A DNA stretch of 63,232 nucleotides, counting the filler, from Sluysia triapertura (Eukaryota): NCBI GenBank assembly GCA_046118255.1. It is 5 parts of 5 records of this genome, joined end to end, with 100 filler letters (N's around TTAATTAATTAA, not from the genome) between each part and the next. Parts side by side here need not be neighbours in the genome. Positions count along the whole stretch, not along the records: positions 11,740 to 23,157 come from JBJNIA010183391.1; positions 23,258 to 36,744 come from JBJNIA010037370.1; 3 more parts are not named here. One strand, written 5' to 3'. Made by a program: the position numbers and the translations under genes. The notes under the pieces are model-generated. The model was not told the DNA's origin, searched no databases, and worked only from the letters and a program-made list of their open reading frames with translations. The stretch's first letter is position 1. Each line of letters opens with the position of its first letter. Shown piece after piece: positions 13,227-27,300 of the stretch.

Positions 13227-13284
<58 letters not shown>
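13227..13284. repeat. (AAT)n microsatellite
   Basis: Perfect AAT run. Similar tracts lie at ~16360-16400, 28110-28203, 29160-29300, 32925-33090, 35490-35566, 36270-36325, 55527-55747 and 59760-60110. Confidence 0.95.
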
Positions 13285-13287
<3 letters not shown>

Positions 13288-14153
13288 GAGAATCGTATTA
13301 ACATGCTACAGATGAAAATAATACTGAAAACGAAGTTAAAATTTCAATGCCCAATAGTATTATTATAATTATAATTATAATTATAATTATAATAATTATT
13401 ATTATTGTCTGTTTAAGAGTGTATAAAGTTTTTAAACGCTTCATTGGGTATAGGAATTAAGTTACTTCTATTTCATATGATTAAATTCACACATACAACC
13501 ACATACAACACACTTACAATCACATTTTATAAAGTTAATATTAACACAATGATAATTCTACAATGATCTAGTTGTGATATCAAGCATAAAAATAGAAAAT
13601 ATTATGAACCAGAGAACAGAATAAATAAATAAATAAATAAATACAAAATAAATGTAATAAACAAAAGCCGATATTGGTTATTGAAAAAAAATAATATTGT
13701 GATAACAAATTATATTTCTGCATATATGTATAATGTATTTTTTGTTTTATTTTTCTATTGTTTTTAGTTTTGTCAATTGAATTTTCATTTTACACAATTG
13801 CTGCTAATTTTATCCGAATTTTTTATTGGATAGTTTCTTATTTAAACTTGTTGAATTAATATATAATTACCGTATATAAAAATACAAAAAATGAAATGTA
13901 TGTGAATAATTTCTAACCAATTATATTAGAGAATTACTGTCTGTCTCCTCAAATCATGAAATTAAGAACAATAGGTTTCCACTCCGAGGAGATAATGCCT
14001 CGAGTATTGCAAGCCTAGAAAAGAATTCGAACTCGAGTTTCTCAAGGTCTCAACACAGAATAAATAGATTAATGCATCACTGATAACCAACTAAAGCACT
14101 TTAATAGTTTCAATTGATGTTTTTTATTACATTTAATCAATTTAATCAATACA

Positions 14154-14320
14154 GTGTTCCTCTTCCTAACCGCTAAATTTTTAGAAAGTTTAAAAAATTA
14201 TAGTGGAAGACTTCTCCTGTTGATTACATATAACCGCACAGCTCATAAAATACAAGTAAACTTGAAATTTATTGATGCGGTATTTTTGCCTCCCAATTTA
14301 ACCAGCCACTTGAATGTTTT
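14154..14320 (+). mobile_element. pogo/Tigger (DDE_1, CENP-B-like) transposase fragment
   Basis: GRLLLLITYNRTAH...IDAVFLPPNLTSHL matches the pogo signature LLLxDNxxAH...FLPPNxTSxLQP. Confidence 0.6.
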
Positions 14321-15365
14321 AAAACAATGTTTACTAGTAAGAAATTAATTGAAAAAATAAAATGCTGAGAATCTACATTTGAAGGCCGCAATTATTTTTC
14401 TAACACTTTGAATGAAATAACAACTTCAGCAATTTTGAATGTTTCAGACAGGCTAAACTGACGGATAAGGGCCAAGTGGTGAATTTACAATAGAATTTGT
14501 TTCTAAAGTACGGATACTTGATCTAATTTCATATGAATTTATGAAGAATAATTTGAATTTGAAAATAAAAATCTTAAAGAAAATACTGCAATTCAAGAAG
14601 TTTTTATAAGTAATGACAAGTTTGATGATGACGGTGATAAAAAGAATCATCAAATAATGACGTTCGTAAGTGTTTGTAAGTGTTTCTAGAAATGAATGTT
14701 ATTCTGCTCTTCATTTAATAAAAAATTCTTCTACCAGCCCGACATGTTTGATGTTAAAGCTATTGAAGGACTGAATCAAGTCTCAGAAGTCTTGAAGAAG
14801 AATAAAAATATTTGCACACTAGACAATTGGATGATGAAAAAATAAAATACCCATTTGTTTTTTCTTTATTATTCTTTCTACTAAAAGACTCTTCTTAACC
14901 GCCATATTGTTCTAATTCCCCAAAATATTGTATATACATGTGCAAGTGTAGATATAGTTTAAACACATTTATATTACAATATATTCGATTTATTATTTAT
15001 ATTATATTATTTTCACATTTATTGTTAACTAAATTTGTAATAAAATAAAATTTTTCGTCTTCAGTGGCCTTCACAACGACTTGGATTTCTGATCAATCAA
15101 TTTATATTACTTATTCGTGTATTATTAAATTATTGCAAGATTATTAATCAATTTTAAACGTATATTATTAATTTTGTAAGTGATTAAGTGATGGTGATTA
15201 TTTGAACATATAATGAAATTTTGTATTATTTTTTAAAATATTTTATCGTACAATCACAAATTTAATCATAAACTCTGTGATGTTGTACAATATGTATTTC
15301 CGGATATAATTTCCTTCTAAAACTTTGTACAAAACTTTGCATTATTATTTTGGTGGTCAATTATC

Positions 15366-15480
15366 CAGTGGCGTGCTGAGGTTGTGTCCCAGGAAGGTGC
15401 TGTACATTGACTGTACATTTATGTCTTTCTATTTTTCTAGAAGTAATTTTGTGCCCCGAGGCACCTTTGTTCCGCCACTG
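15366..15480. mobile_element. 115-bp hAT-type MITE
   Basis: TIR CAGTGGCG / CGCCACTG with an 8-bp TSD CAATTATC / CTATTATC (7/8). Both ends match the element at 57962-58182 in opposite orientation. Confidence 0.8.
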
Positions 15481-16359
15481 CTATTATCACGGTATTATTG
15501 TTATATTTAATAAAGTACACTGAACTGGATTCGGACACAATTTGATCTCTTATTATACAGCCAGTTGAAAAAATTGAACCTTTATTTTATACCAAATATG
15601 TGTTTTATGATGTTAATCAGTGTGATAAAGTTCACTAATGGTATCAAAATAGTGTTCATTGATTATGTTTTATAGAATAGAGAATTTTAGGAATGAAAGA
15701 ATAATATGGAACAGTAGTTTTATGTTGCGACCAACTTTATGCGTCCAAATTTTTTCGCTATCACTGGTGGATCGCGTCCCCCCTTTTGAATAACACTGTT
15801 TAAAGAATATTTTCTTATGAATCCTTTATTATAACTTTGAAATTTCTCGATACCCACTGGCAGGTCGCGTCCCCCCATTTCAAAGAACACAAATATAAAG
15901 TGAGAAAGGATACATAGAAAATAGATTAAGAAATAAAAATAGGAAATTTGATATTGGAGAACGGAGAAGAGTAAAATGGATTGTAGTACGAATGAAATAG
16001 TTTCATTTTCGAAAACACAATGTGTTTTTGTTTTACTATAGTAAAATGTAAACAAAAGTACATCTCAAAAGATTTTCAATGATCATTAGTGACAATCTAT
16101 ATTTTATTTTATACAATTATTAAAATATAATTAAAATAATCTATTGATTTATGCATTTATTTTAGTTGGTACTTGTTGTTATTGTTACTGATTAGTATAA
16201 TGCACATTTTATTGATTTAAAAAATTAAATTGGTGATATGTTGTCTCAACTGTGTTGTAAAACGACATTGTAAAAGCGAATTTTATAGTAAATATTTAAA
16301 TTTTATTTCTTTGTATTTATAAGTCCGAATATATTGGTAATTTTAAAACAAATTTGAAA

Positions 16360-16401
<42 letters not shown>

Positions 16402-18334
16402 GTTAAAAATAAATTTAAATATTTTAATAACAGAAAGTTAGTGTTAAATATATTTTTCACAGTATTTTCGTGTTTTATATTTAATAAAGTAGACATTATA
16501 ATTTTTTTCAATAGTTATTGTAATAATAATTGATAATAAGACATGATTCATAATAGTCTGTCTCTTAGTCATAATGACATAATTATTTTAAAAAAATATT
16601 TATATTTAATTAAAATAATCATTAAAAATAATCATTATAACGAAATAATAATAATCATAATCATAATATTATAATTTTAATAATAAATAATAATCATAAT
16701 AATAATAACTTTTATATCTGCAAACTTTTCATTTATGATCGAATATCAAATAATTCACATCGATTTTTCATTATTAATCGGATTTATGATCTTATTTTAA
16801 GTTTCTTTTTTTGTAACCAAAATTATTTAAATAAAATTTAAATAAAAATAAAATAAATCAATTATTTAATAAATTAAAAAAATATAAAAATAAATTAAAA
16901 CCCATCCAATAGGAGTTTGTTCGTATGCCTGTTTTATAATTAAAAAAATTAAATTTAATTTAAAAATTTAATTTTTAAATAATGAAGTTAGAAAGACTTT
17001 GTTCATTTGTTTATAATTTGAATTATTAATATAAATTTTTGAAAATTATTTTATAAATAATTTTAATAATACTTAACTCATTCGCTGCCAACCGCGAATG
17101 TATTCGTGATATTATAACGTAAAAACTTGTGGAGAGAGTTATGGCCACAAATATAAATACATGAAAGTGTAAAAACTTGAAAAAAAGCTACAAATAAATT
17201 GTATTTACGAAAATTCTACTTTATTTATTAATTTGTTATGTTTATTTCTCCCAACTAATAATTTATTGATAGTACTACTTCTGACTCTACAAAACTGCTT
17301 ACTGATGAGAGAGATGTTGCAGATAAACACAGTTGTTCAATAGAATCTAAGTAATCATCAGCATATTTACAGAAAATTGTGTCCCCTTTTTTAGTATTTT
17401 TATAGTTTCATCTATTTGTGTGATTCATGATTTGCAAATAAGAAAAAGGATATCGAGTCCTGTTGCATCCATTCCCATACTGGTGTTTGATTTTTATACA
17501 TGTAAATGATTATTTACGATAATATATGTGTGTATTATCTTAAAATAATAAATCTTAGATAAACAATAACACACAAAAGAAAATGAGTTAAATCACTTAA
17601 TCTTCAACCACTTCGTACATTCCATAATTCACAAACTTTGCAATCAAAATATTCAACAAATCATCTACAAACTCAAACAATTCGTATGAATACAATATTA
17701 AAGTAATATCACAGCATAATACAGAACACTAAATAACAATATTTCACAGAATAACATTTACACTTTACAATACCTAATTCATTTAACAAACCCGAGTCAG
17801 AATGAAAATGTACTACTTATCAAATACATAACTTCATGTTTAATTATAGTATTATGTAAGATCTTGTGGTTTAAATACAAAGAAGATTAATAAAGAGAAA
17901 TTTAATACATAAATACTCTTTGATCAAATAATTTCATTCTACAAAATACCTTCAGCCTCATATCAAGTCATATCGTAGCATAATTCATTAGATTTACTTC
18001 ATAATCACGATCAAAGATCATCAAATAATTCTCTATAAAACCTTAACCAATATCAAATAAATTAAAGAATAAATACAGAAAGTATACTTAAATTTCCAAT
18101 GCAACACAAAATAGTAAACAGAAATATAAACATTTTATCTTACAATTTTTATAATCAATTAATTCATCGGAAAGCAAGAAAATAATAACGTTACTTTAAA
18201 CATATTATGTTCATGTAATAAAGGAAATATAATATTAATAATAAAAGTATGAATAAAATTCAATTACGTAACTACTATTACACAATACGCTAAGTAAAAT
18301 TTACTAAATGCGAGTTGCACTTAGTGGCCACATT

Positions 18335-18662
18335 CATGTTCAATTACTTCTCCCAGTTCAGCGACTGTTGCAGGTTTACGAGTATATACATTGTCTTTTA
18401 GGTATCCACATAAGAAAAAATCTAGTGGTATGAGGTCTAGTCAACGGGGATAATATTCAACATAACATCGAGATGGTAATGTGGGGGTGCCAAATCTTGC
18501 TGAAAATAAAACTCTTCATTTTCAAAGTTAACTCTGATGCTTGGTATAACAGACTGTTACAGAAAGTTTAAGTAGCGTCAAAAAAGAATGGTCGAATTAA
18601 TTCTTTTGATGATAAACCGCACCACACTGTTATTCCCAGTAAATTGACATGACGGTCGACGG
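18335..18662 (-). mobile_element. Tc1/mariner superfamily transposase remnant (rosa/DUF4817-like)
   Basis: Reads [20 protein letters not shown]...FYFQQDLAPPHY...YPR*LDLIPLDFFLCGYLKDNVY, matching VWCG..FQQDGAPPH..WPPRSPDLTPLDFFLWGYLK. Stops and deletions are present. Confidence 0.85.
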
Positions 18663-19657
18663 TCCCATACATATATAGGATGCAAAATTATGGTAAAGAA
18701 ATTTACATTCAAAATGTACTTGACAAATATTGTTGTAGATGTAAAACAAATATATTTAACACTTCTAGAGTGTGATCGATCGAGACCCTTATCGTATCTG
18801 TGTGCATATGTAATTCTAATGTGTTTTCCTATTGATAGTACTGACTATTTAAAAAGCGTAATAGAAAAATGGATGATCCAAGTGAAAAGTGTGATGTATC
18901 TCAGAAATGATGAAAAAGCAAGTTATGATCTGACCAGATTTCGATAATTTTCAGTTACATTGATGATAATAATTAAGATACAGAAAAGTAAACTTTGTAC
19001 ATGTTAAAATTTTTCTTACTATAAAATTGTTATATTAAATGTGTTACACATTTATTTGAATTTTATAGTAAAATTATATGCCACTGAAATTCAAAGTCAT
19101 ATGATAAAGATGTAGTAAACTAACTATCAGATTGAAATAAATCCGAGCCGAAGTTTAGTATCAAATATTGCTTCAAATAAAATTATATTAAAAAAGTCAG
19201 ATTTCCTAGGGAAATCTTTGATAGGTAATGTAAAAAAAATTAAGTACAATCTATATACTACTAACTTTAGTAATGTATTTAATCTAGAACAAAACCATTC
19301 TGACAATTGTACTATAAATGTAAGGTATTTTCAAGATGACTCATAATATATACTCAGGCCATCCTAGATCCAAGCACGTATTCACATAAATTCAATAAAC
19401 ACCACATTGTTTTCAAAAAAAAGAATTATATCTCAAATACGGAATTCTTAAATTGATGATCGACCCCAATTTCTTACAGATACTTTCTATGTTTAATAAA
19501 ATCATATCACAGAATTTATTTTCATATCATAGTAATGATAACATTGTTAATACCATCAATAAAGGATATTCTAATTCGACTGTCGCTGTTTCCAATATTA
19601 TAACTAATTACGAACCGATGTTACCGAATTCAACAATAAATGTTACTTTAATAAACA

Positions 19658-20420
19658 TTGGAAAAGCCAATTTATATGTTAAATAATCAACGACAACCTA
19701 TTGACCGTAGTTTTCGTGGTAATCACATGCAAGCAGAACCATCTATAACGACAAAGTTTTCAACGCAAAAACGGGCAGCAGTTCAGAATACAATTGTTCC
19801 TATAAATATTATGCCACAAAATTCAAATTATGTTCAAGATACAGATGTGTACTTCGATCATCTGTATTTATTAGTTACATCATACGAATCGATTCAATCT
19901 CTTATTTTAACAATTTATCATTCAAATAATACTCGTTTCTTATTTATCGTTTCTCCAACGACTTTGGAACTCCAGAAAACAAAACAAGAAATAAATTTTA
20001 TTAACAAAGAACAATCATTGTATGATGATCATGTTTTCCTACAATTAATTGTGGATAATTATGTGAATTTATCATTAAAGATTATGTTAGGTTTAGAAAT
20101 GGTTTATATGTCATATTTTCAAGCTACATATTTTGTTAAAGTTGATAATGATGTCATTCTCAAATGTCAACGATGTATCGATATAAGTAACGACAATTTT
20201 CTCAAGACGCGAAATATTCGACTTATATTAGACACTTAAAAGTTAATGTTTTCCCTATAATATTTGTAATGAATCAGTATCGGAGAATAATGCATTATTT
20301 TATTTAAGATGTTTCAAGCATGAATTTAACCATAATCAAGTTTTTAACGCCTACAATGATTATGACAAAAGGTACCGGAATCAATATGAAATCAAACAGT
20401 ATCCTTATTGTAGTAAATTA
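19658..20420 (+). pseudogene. GT31 beta-1,3-galactosyltransferase-like gene, fragmented
   Basis: EQSLYDDHVFL..DNYVNLSLK..YFVKVDNDVIL matches the Galactosyl_T signature (KxDDD reads KVDND). A downstream out-of-frame piece QYPYCS (~20400) resembles YPPYCSG. Upstream overlapping ORFs are frameshifted. Confidence 0.7.
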
Positions 20421-21446
20421 CTACTGTGCAGCTTAATAAAGAATGAACTGATCGACAGAGGATTTCGGGAGTTTGTTAACAAAATCTGTGACGAAATCGA
20501 ATCTACTAGTGTAAGCTTTAATTTCATATATGTGCTAAATTTTATTTTAGTTCATATGCTTCGTATCCGGATCAGTGAAGTCCAACAGCGTTGTTTGCAG
20601 CAAAAAGGGTCTATAAAAGAAAACAAAGTCTTTAATATTAATATAATTCTATCTTGCCTGAAACTCAACTTTAGACGTGTTATTAATAAATTTTGGTATT
20701 TCTAACTTGGAAGCCTTTTTATTCTTCGTAAATGATAAGTTAATTTTCATATGTTTCATACAAATAAGTAAAAATAAATCTTTTAATAATCTTAAAATTC
20801 GATTAATGAAATTAATGCTTAAAGATCTCAGGGGTAATAAATTGTTAAAAAATCATAAAATAAAAGAGACTCCGTATCTAAGTAACAAAAGAGGAACATT
20901 GACGAGTTCCAATGTAGTTTTATATATAATTCATTTGAAGCGTAGTAGTAGAAGGATCTGTAATATGTTAAGCATTTTCTGTGAACTGATTCAAAACAAA
21001 TGTAAAAATATGTATGTTATTTTCTTATTTGAACAACACTTTGTTAAACTACTACTGAGGTATAAAATTGAGAACAACTATAAACGCCCCAGACTTATAC
21101 ACCCCAAAATTCATGCCGGGAGCATTCCCCCATAGTGACATCATTAATTTATAATTATAGTTTCATATCACTACTGACATTGGTTATATATATTCAACAC
21201 AAGTAGAATTTTTATATTATTTAATTTGTCATCACTCAACAGGCATTTCAAATTTGTTAGTATCGTTGTCTATTCTCACTCAACATTTTACTGGCTGTCC
21301 AATTGGAATTATTCATATCGTTTGTCATTATCGTATCTCATTTTGATTGGACAGTCATATATATAGTATGAAATGTATGTTATCATTTATTAGTAATTTT
21401 TTAGAATTTACAAAATTTAATTTTCGTTTATTGTAAATTTTCAAAC

Positions 21447-22290
21447 ATGATCTCTGCCCATGACATTGATGTTTTAAATAGAATACTCGATCTATTAAAT
21501 GCTAGTGTTTATGACATAATTTCAAAGATGATGATTACTAAACAAGAAGAAATTAAGTCGGTAAAGTTGTCAGAAGACGAAAATTTAAATAATGGGATTT
21601 CTTATACTAATTACTTATTAGCTCTTCAATTAATGATCAAAGAAGAAGAACACCAATTACTACGCTTTTCGAATAATGAATCACATGTTTCAGTAATCCA
21701 AAGAGTAAATTATAAAGAGAACTTTAAAGTCATAGCAAATATATCAAATAAAACGAAGAAAGTATTGAAACATCAAAACTGAGATTAAGCAATTATCATT
21801 TCAATTCTTTTTACACATTTGCAATTTCCCAGATGCTACCTAATATAATTATTTACATAAAAATTAATAATACGTCCTCAACTTTAAGTTACACCATCAA
21901 CATGAATACATATCCTAAACAATCATTTATAAAATCGAGTAATAAATTAACTTCCATCAAATGGTATAAACAAAAATCTTTCATAAAATGGCGTCAGGAC
22001 ATAGCCTCCCAAATAATTACTCTACGATTTCATGTCGTCACTGATGTCCACAGTGTAAGAACTAAAATCACAGAGGATAAATGGGTAAATGCCGAAAGAA
22101 GTGATTTGATTTTTAACTTTTTAATTTTAGATAAAAACAATACTTATGTATAATCGCGATTCATCAACAATAAAGATTTAGACAACGGAAACAATGTTGT
22201 TCTAAGTCTAGATTAGAATTTTTCGAAGAGTTTTGAAACAATTTAGTTCATATTTCCAAGTAAATGTTTATGGTCCAAAAATAATTAACC
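21447..22290 (+). CDS. uncharacterised multi-exon gene or pseudogene
   Basis: ATG-initiated 111-aa ORF followed by a 106-aa ORF, with a plausible 46-nt GTAAAT..TTTTAG intron at ~22085-22130. No recognisable domain. Confidence 0.3.
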
Positions 22291-22568
22291 AAAAGAAGTT
22301 GAGTAAATATTTTATATTTTTATTAAATAACTTTTAATAATGTATTATTTAAATGTTTTTATGCACCATGATTATTAATTAAAATCAATAAAATGTCAAA
22401 TCAATATCATAAAAATGATGAGTCAGTCTATGATACTGAATATTCTGATAAAATAAGTAACAATAATAGTAGAAATATTGTCATAAAAGTGAAATTATTG
22501 TAATTAATTTAATCAACCAATTAAATTAATTTTATTAAATAAAATTTCCACCAATAAAATCTACTTAC

Positions 22569-22826
22569 TGTATTTGAGCCAATAAGATTGCAAATTTACA
22601 GGTTTCTCTATCTAAATTTGTGTGATGCATCAATTCTTTCAACATCCACATATTACCGTGTACCGTTGCCAGATGAATCGGTTTATAGTTAGAAATTACC
22701 GTACTCGCATTAACATCTGCACCATGTTGCAGAAGCAATTTATAAATTGATCTAACCACTCTATCATCGTCAACAAGCTCCACGGCTACCACATGAAGTG
22801 GCTGAAAACCGTTATCGTCTTCATAC
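22569..22826 (-). CDS. ankyrin-repeat exon (two repeats); remaining exons not identified
   Basis: DDNGFQPLHVVA...KLLLQHGADVNA...YKPIHLATVHGN. Bounded by a TTTTTAG acceptor and a GTAAGT donor; 258 nt, symmetric phase 2. Confidence 0.75.
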
Positions 22827-22879
22827 CTAAAAATAATCCAATTAAATTGAACTGTTTTCAAACAATACTATTTTTCATT

Positions 22880-23065
22880 CAGAGCTGTAACTAGGCAGGT
22901 GCAATAGGCACACCCGCACAGAGCCCAGCTCTGAAAGGGCTTCCTTAGAGTGTCGACGAATGAATATATGTCCTCCCGCTGAAAATTTATGTATATTGAC
23001 GATTTTATATAAATGCATAGGGAGGCTCGAATTTAATATCTTGTACAGGTTCCGTCATACGGTAC
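22880..23065 (+). repeat. short GC-richer dispersed repeat (MITE-like), related to 12026-12138
   Basis: Starts CAGAGCTGTAACTAGG (hAT-like terminus) and shares an internal core with 12080-12138. Confidence 0.55.
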
Positions 23066-23257
23066 TACTTGTAGTATCTGAAGATTCATGTCAAAAATAC
23101 TAAAATAGTCAGTTTCATTCTACACACAAGGACAGCTCGAAGGTTTATTTAATACAANNNNNNNNNNNNNNNNNNNNNNNNNNNNNNNNNNNNNNNNNNN
23201 NTTAATTAATTAANNNNNNNNNNNNNNNNNNNNNNNNNNNNNNNNNNNNNNNNNNNN

Positions 23258-23875
23258 TGATGAAATGAAACAATGTGAAGCAAGTGCAACAATCATTTAC
23301 AATTGGAATATGACGTAGATAATCTAATTCTCCAATCTGATTTACAGTGAAAAAGTGTTTTACTGAATTGGAACGCACTATCCAGTTTAATAAAGAACAA
23401 TTAGAATCTTGTCAATCATCTGAATCAGAAATTAGAACAAGATTATCACTCTTGTATGGAATAAGTTGACGAATTTACCGAATAACTAGTCACTATGAAA
23501 TTCGTAGCTAATAAATTGCGCCAGGCATATGACGAATGTTTTCAGTATATACATTCGTTACAATCTGATCTTTATCAAGAAAAAAACAATGAGAAGTGTG
23601 TAATTCGAACAAACAATTAGATAAACGAGAATTACAAGTCTCCCAATTTAGAGAAACATTAGATGAATGCAATAAGAAATTTATAGAAGATTCTGAATAT
23701 ATCATATGTCAAGCCATGAGTATACAGAATGAATTCAACAAAAATATACTAATAAAGAAATGTATTATTCTGATGAAAATAAGAAACTAGAAGGTGAAAT
23801 CAAAATCCTGGCACCATTATGGAAGACGGAAAGATACGTTTCAATATGCTTTTTTCATGGCTTCATCTTTTTCAT
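23258..23875 (+). pseudogene. degraded coiled-coil-like coding sequence
   Basis: E/K/Q/L-rich heptad-like peptides in shifting frames, e.g. LERTIQFNKEQLESCQSSESEIRTRL and QLDKRELQVSQFRETLDECNKK, with many disruptions. Confidence 0.3.
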
Positions 23876-24295
23876 TTTATTTTTTTATCAAAATGGAAAA
23901 TCAACGTTATTTTAATTTTAAAAATGAAAGTCATGTGCCGTAAATACTACATGAAGGAGTAATAAATTGATATTTTTATTGAATATTTCCTTGTTGATAT
24001 CTTTAATAATTTCAAAAAATATTTACTTACCTCTTCTAGACTCGAAAATAAGTGTTCACTTAATGGATCAACAAATTTTCCATGCATATTAAAACATTTT
24101 CCAAATTCTCCACGTACATTGGTCACAGTCGATTATCGATTTATTTGAAAGGATTTAAACCACAAGTGATATCAATTCAGATGTTTTATACTAATAATCA
24201 CCACTGTAAAAGATCGCGAAATGGCATAACAATTCAAAGATCAGTATGTAAGAATTTTAATTTAATAGACTTATAGAATAAAGTAAAACTTTTAC

Positions 24296-24343
24296 GTGAG
24301 TCCACCAACGTACCAGGCTTACCAGTTAGGGCTAGCCGTTGGT
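24296..24343 (+). repeat. short dispersed repeat (probable TE terminus), second copy at 41847-41893
   Basis: GTGAGT..ACCAACGTA..CTTACCAGT(T/C)AGGGCTAGCCG(T/C)TGG occurs at both sites. Confidence 0.7.
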
Positions 24344-27300
24344 TTTTGAAATTGGAAAAATTAAAAATATATGTCAATGTTTGCCTAAATGCTTGCTAGT
24401 CAAATTAAGTTTAGCTCTGGAATTATTTTAAATATAATTTAATAGGATTTATAAAAGAATGGGAGTAAATTCTAATTTAGTGATGTAAATATTCTGTTAA
24501 CTGAAAAATAACAGTTAAATTTTGTATTATTGAAATATTTTTCGTAAATCCTATGAAAAGAATTTGTAATAAATGATTTTTCGATTTCAGAATTATATTC
24601 TGAATAAAGCTTAACTACAGTAATGATTTTAAAGAATTTAAAACCATATAAGTTAATTGTTAATAAAAAGAAAATCTCAAGTAATTTATATTCGTAAATT
24701 ATAAACTTAATATGACACAAAAGATATATAAATATTAATAGATATGTTACGAAAAATTAACTTTCAGTTAATTCTTTGAATAATAATTTAACACTCTATT
24801 TTACGCGAAACTATTATAAGATTCAAAAGTTATTACAAAATCTATTTTTCATCGATTTTTCGTAGATAATTGCTGTATCCAAACTTAATATAATAAACTA
24901 ACGTAAATATTTTATATGAAAAATCTGGTCGAGAAGTCCTTTCCTAAAAACAGTTGTCTCAATGTCCAACTGAAAAGTTTACAGGGAAATATTTAAAAAA
25001 TTTGTATTAACTTAATTGTCACTTTTTTAAACTATAAAAGTTGTGAATCTTGTGCATTTTTTACGATGTTTAAATACTTATTTAACTGACCTTGGCCAGA
25101 TTAAAACAAAAACAGTTTAATTAACAAAAATATTAAAGTTTAATAATATATAGAAATTACTTAATTTAATTCCAAATTAAAAATCCGAGTAAATTACAAA
25201 TAGTTATAAATAAAAATCAATAAAGTTATTCACAAATGTATGTAATTGTTATTTGATAATCACTAATAAAAATTAATAAACAAATCAAAATGTAAGTATG
25301 CTATTTAAATCACTATTTAAATCAAAATGTAAGTGTGCTTTTAGAAGTATAATGGTAGTACAATTTTACTATCACCGCTGCATTATGAAAAAACCAATAA
25401 AATTTCGATAAATGAATTTATTGGATGTGTTAATGTTAGCAGTATTGTAAACGAAACGATAGGTTGGAAACCTTCAAATAAAGATAAATTTCCTGAAATA
25501 TATGTCTTTAAGTATCCTACTTATACGATCTGTCCATGTTAAATGTACAAGATATTAAAAAGACTACCTTATTTTAAGTGGTAGCAAACAAAATATATGA
25601 CTTTCAAACGGAAAAGTATTACAATACCAAATCAAAACCGAATTTCTAGCAGCTCGCAAAACAGAAGAAAGTCGTGTGAAATTGGAAATTGAAGGTTGTA
25701 AAACTCCACAACCTTACAAGCTCCAAGTTCATGTTACTACAAGTTCAGTAGTGACTACACAACCGAGCAACAAAACAAAATGTGATTTTGAAGATGTTCT
25801 TATGCGAGATATATGTGAGAAGTTCAAATAAGTAGAAAATCGCTTTGTAAAATTCAAGCAAAACAATAGGTACAAATTCGTTATTATTTGAAATTTGCTG
25901 AAATTTCTACATATTTTATCTAACGTGCTTTTTAGAAATGTGTTTTTAAATGAAAATGCAAAAAAATTTCCATCAGAATTAGCAAAATCTGTCTGTCATT
26001 GTGATATATTGAAACAAGAAAAGGTAAAATTAGAAGTGCGAAGGAAGAAGAAATCGAAAGAATTTGAAATCAATATTATGGGGTGTATAGATGTTTTAGT
26101 TGAAGAATTAATGTGATTTAAAGTTATAAAAGACTTTGAGGGCTTAAATTTATATAGAAAATAATAATATTGATAAAATTTAAACTTTAAAATGTTATGT
26201 TTGCTTGTAGTGTAACTTAAATTCGATAGTTTGGATATCCTAATGTTGGACCGTACTAGATGGAAGGCCTTTAGAATTTTATGGAATTGAACTTTATCTG
26301 AACTACATATATCGTCGCTATCGAAAGTCATTTCATCATATGAAGTTCGACTTCAACTTCGTCATTATCCTCTTTAGATTTTCCTATATTAACGTTGTAC
26401 TCAATTTCGTGAACGGTCTTATTAAACTTTTGTTTGTTGTATAACTTTACATCTTTCTTAGTTTTTGTGTTATTCGATTTAACAACTTTCTGAGTTTTTT
26501 GTCGTTCAGTTCAACATCTTTCTGTATTTTCTTATTATTAGACTTAACATTTTTGTCTGTATCACATAAATAAAAAAGTCGAAAGCGTTTAGTATGGTAA
26601 TTTATTGATCTACACAATTTATCTAAAATTATAGGGTTGACCACTACAAATATGCATCGTGAATGCAAAGCATGTGATAATAAAAGAACAGACATAGATG
26701 TTACAAGCATTGTGTGTTACAACAGACAAATATTACATTAATTTTAATCAATTATTTTATAGATTTATTCTAAATGATAAGGTTTATTATTATTATTTTC
26801 ATTATTTTTATTATTATCATTATTTTTATTATTATCATTATTATTTTTATCATTAATTTCGTGGTTTAGCTTTATATGTAGTGCTACATTTAGTAAGATA
26901 GTCGAGATGTTCAAATAGACAGTAACATTTGAAAGAAGATACGTCTAGGATGAATTAAATTGATATATGAAATGAGATTTTCATGTTTTGAAAAATATAT
27001 CATTGAAATAGAAATAATTATCATTATTATTATTATTATTATTATTAAAATCATTTAGATCAAATAACAAACGTGAAAAGAAATATAAAAACGAATTCAA
27101 AGATAAATAGCGAAAGAACTCTTAGGTTATATTTATGTATTTTAATTGTGTAAAGAATACAACCAAAAAATAAATATTTACACCGGAAATAATTTATATA
27201 TTTTATTTTTGCATTTATGAGTGTTTATAAACAATACAAACAGTAGTTCTAAATATGTAATGCCAAGGTAGCTTCTTCAACATTACCATATTTGAATTGG

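Noticed and set aside
17073-17591. Possible TTAA-flanked piggyBac-like element
   Set aside because: Only 6 bp of terminal inversion (CTCATT/AATGAG), within chance for AT-rich DNA.
26447-26720. GPCR TM7-like peptide (VVNPIIL / CSG..FR)
   Set aside because: Too short, split across frames, and no other transmembrane segments were found.
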